A DNA stretch of 16,690 nucleotides from a bacterium (lineage in GTDB: Bacteria; DUMJ01): assembly GCA_049970495.1 (NCBI GenBank), contig JBMFMV010000043.1:1-16690 (forward strand), in the 5' to 3' direction. This document shows positions 16,383 through 16,690 of this stretch, piece by piece. The translations under genes were made by a program, and so were the position numbers. The notes under the pieces were generated by a model. It saw nothing but the letters and a program-made list of their open reading frames with translations. It made no database searches and was not told the DNA's origin. Numbering within the stretch: the stretch's first letter is position 1; the number at the start of each line of letters is the position of its first letter.

Positions 16383-16690
16383 ACTTTTCTTACCCCCTTC
16401 CACTTTAGTGTATAAACAGACAGCGTAAGCAAAATAACCGTATAAACTAGTGCACCTAACATATTCTCTATATACATACTTGTGCTACCTAAAGCCACTG
16501 CATTTATTCCATTCATTAAATAACTAAAAGGAGAAGCCCATCTAATAACTCTTAAGACATTAGAAAGTATACCCATGACATAGACCATAGAAAGAGAAAG
16601 ATCCTCAGGTTTTAAGGTAAGTATATAGTTCTGCAAAAACTGTAGACCAAGTAAGCCACCCATAATGACAATAAGAAGTAGGACTGAGGT
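16379..16690 (-). CDS. Polytopic membrane protein, probable ABC-2-type transporter permease (C-terminal part only)
   Basis: The frame is open to the window edge (TSVLLLIVIMGGLLG...). It has several hydrophobic helices, a WASPFSYL segment typical of ABC-2 permease C-termini, and a final TM helix with a basic tail. Confidence 0.55.
   Translation of the reverse strand, partial: TSVLLLIVIMGGLLGLQFLQNYILTLKPEDLSLSMVYVMGILSNVLRVIRWASPFSYLMNGINAVALGSTSMYIENMLGALVYTVILLTLSVYTLKWKGVRKV

Noticed and set aside
1..16690. CRISPR arrays, IS elements, prophage or defence genes, riboswitches
   Set aside because: No repeat-spacer pattern, transposase, integrase or nuclease motifs were seen. The only sizeable intergenic gap is explained by divergent promoters.

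Overview
This is an AT-rich, densely packed bacterial chromosomal region with 18 CDS and only one sizeable intergenic gap (5155-5368). Heavy AGA/AGG/ATA codon use and the gene order suggest a thermophilic, Firmicutes/Dictyoglomus-like organism (inference only). On the + strand, a partial Spy/CpxP-like gene, an M42 aminopeptidase and gltX converge on a minus-strand GH78 alpha-L-rhamnosidase. The two stop codons sit inside a perfect 10-bp terminator-like hairpin. A divergent promoter region drives a mannose-1-phosphate guanylyltransferase fused to a degenerate phosphomannomutase-like domain. The right half is one tightly coupled minus-strand run of 13 genes: ABC-2-type permease (partial), an uncharacterised membrane-anchored exported protein, rpsI, aroQ, Xaa-Pro peptidase, efp, a zinc-ribbon protein, accB, accC, Asp23, an ArgA-like GNAT, mtnP and mtnA. 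Most of the window is housekeeping. The two most notable items are (1) rpsI without its usual upstream partner rplM, placed directly behind an ABC-associated surface protein, and (2) that surface protein itself, which shows an internal domain duplication, an aromatic-heptad helix followed by a PxxP segment, and a C-terminal anchor. No RNA genes, CRISPR arrays or mobile elements were seen.
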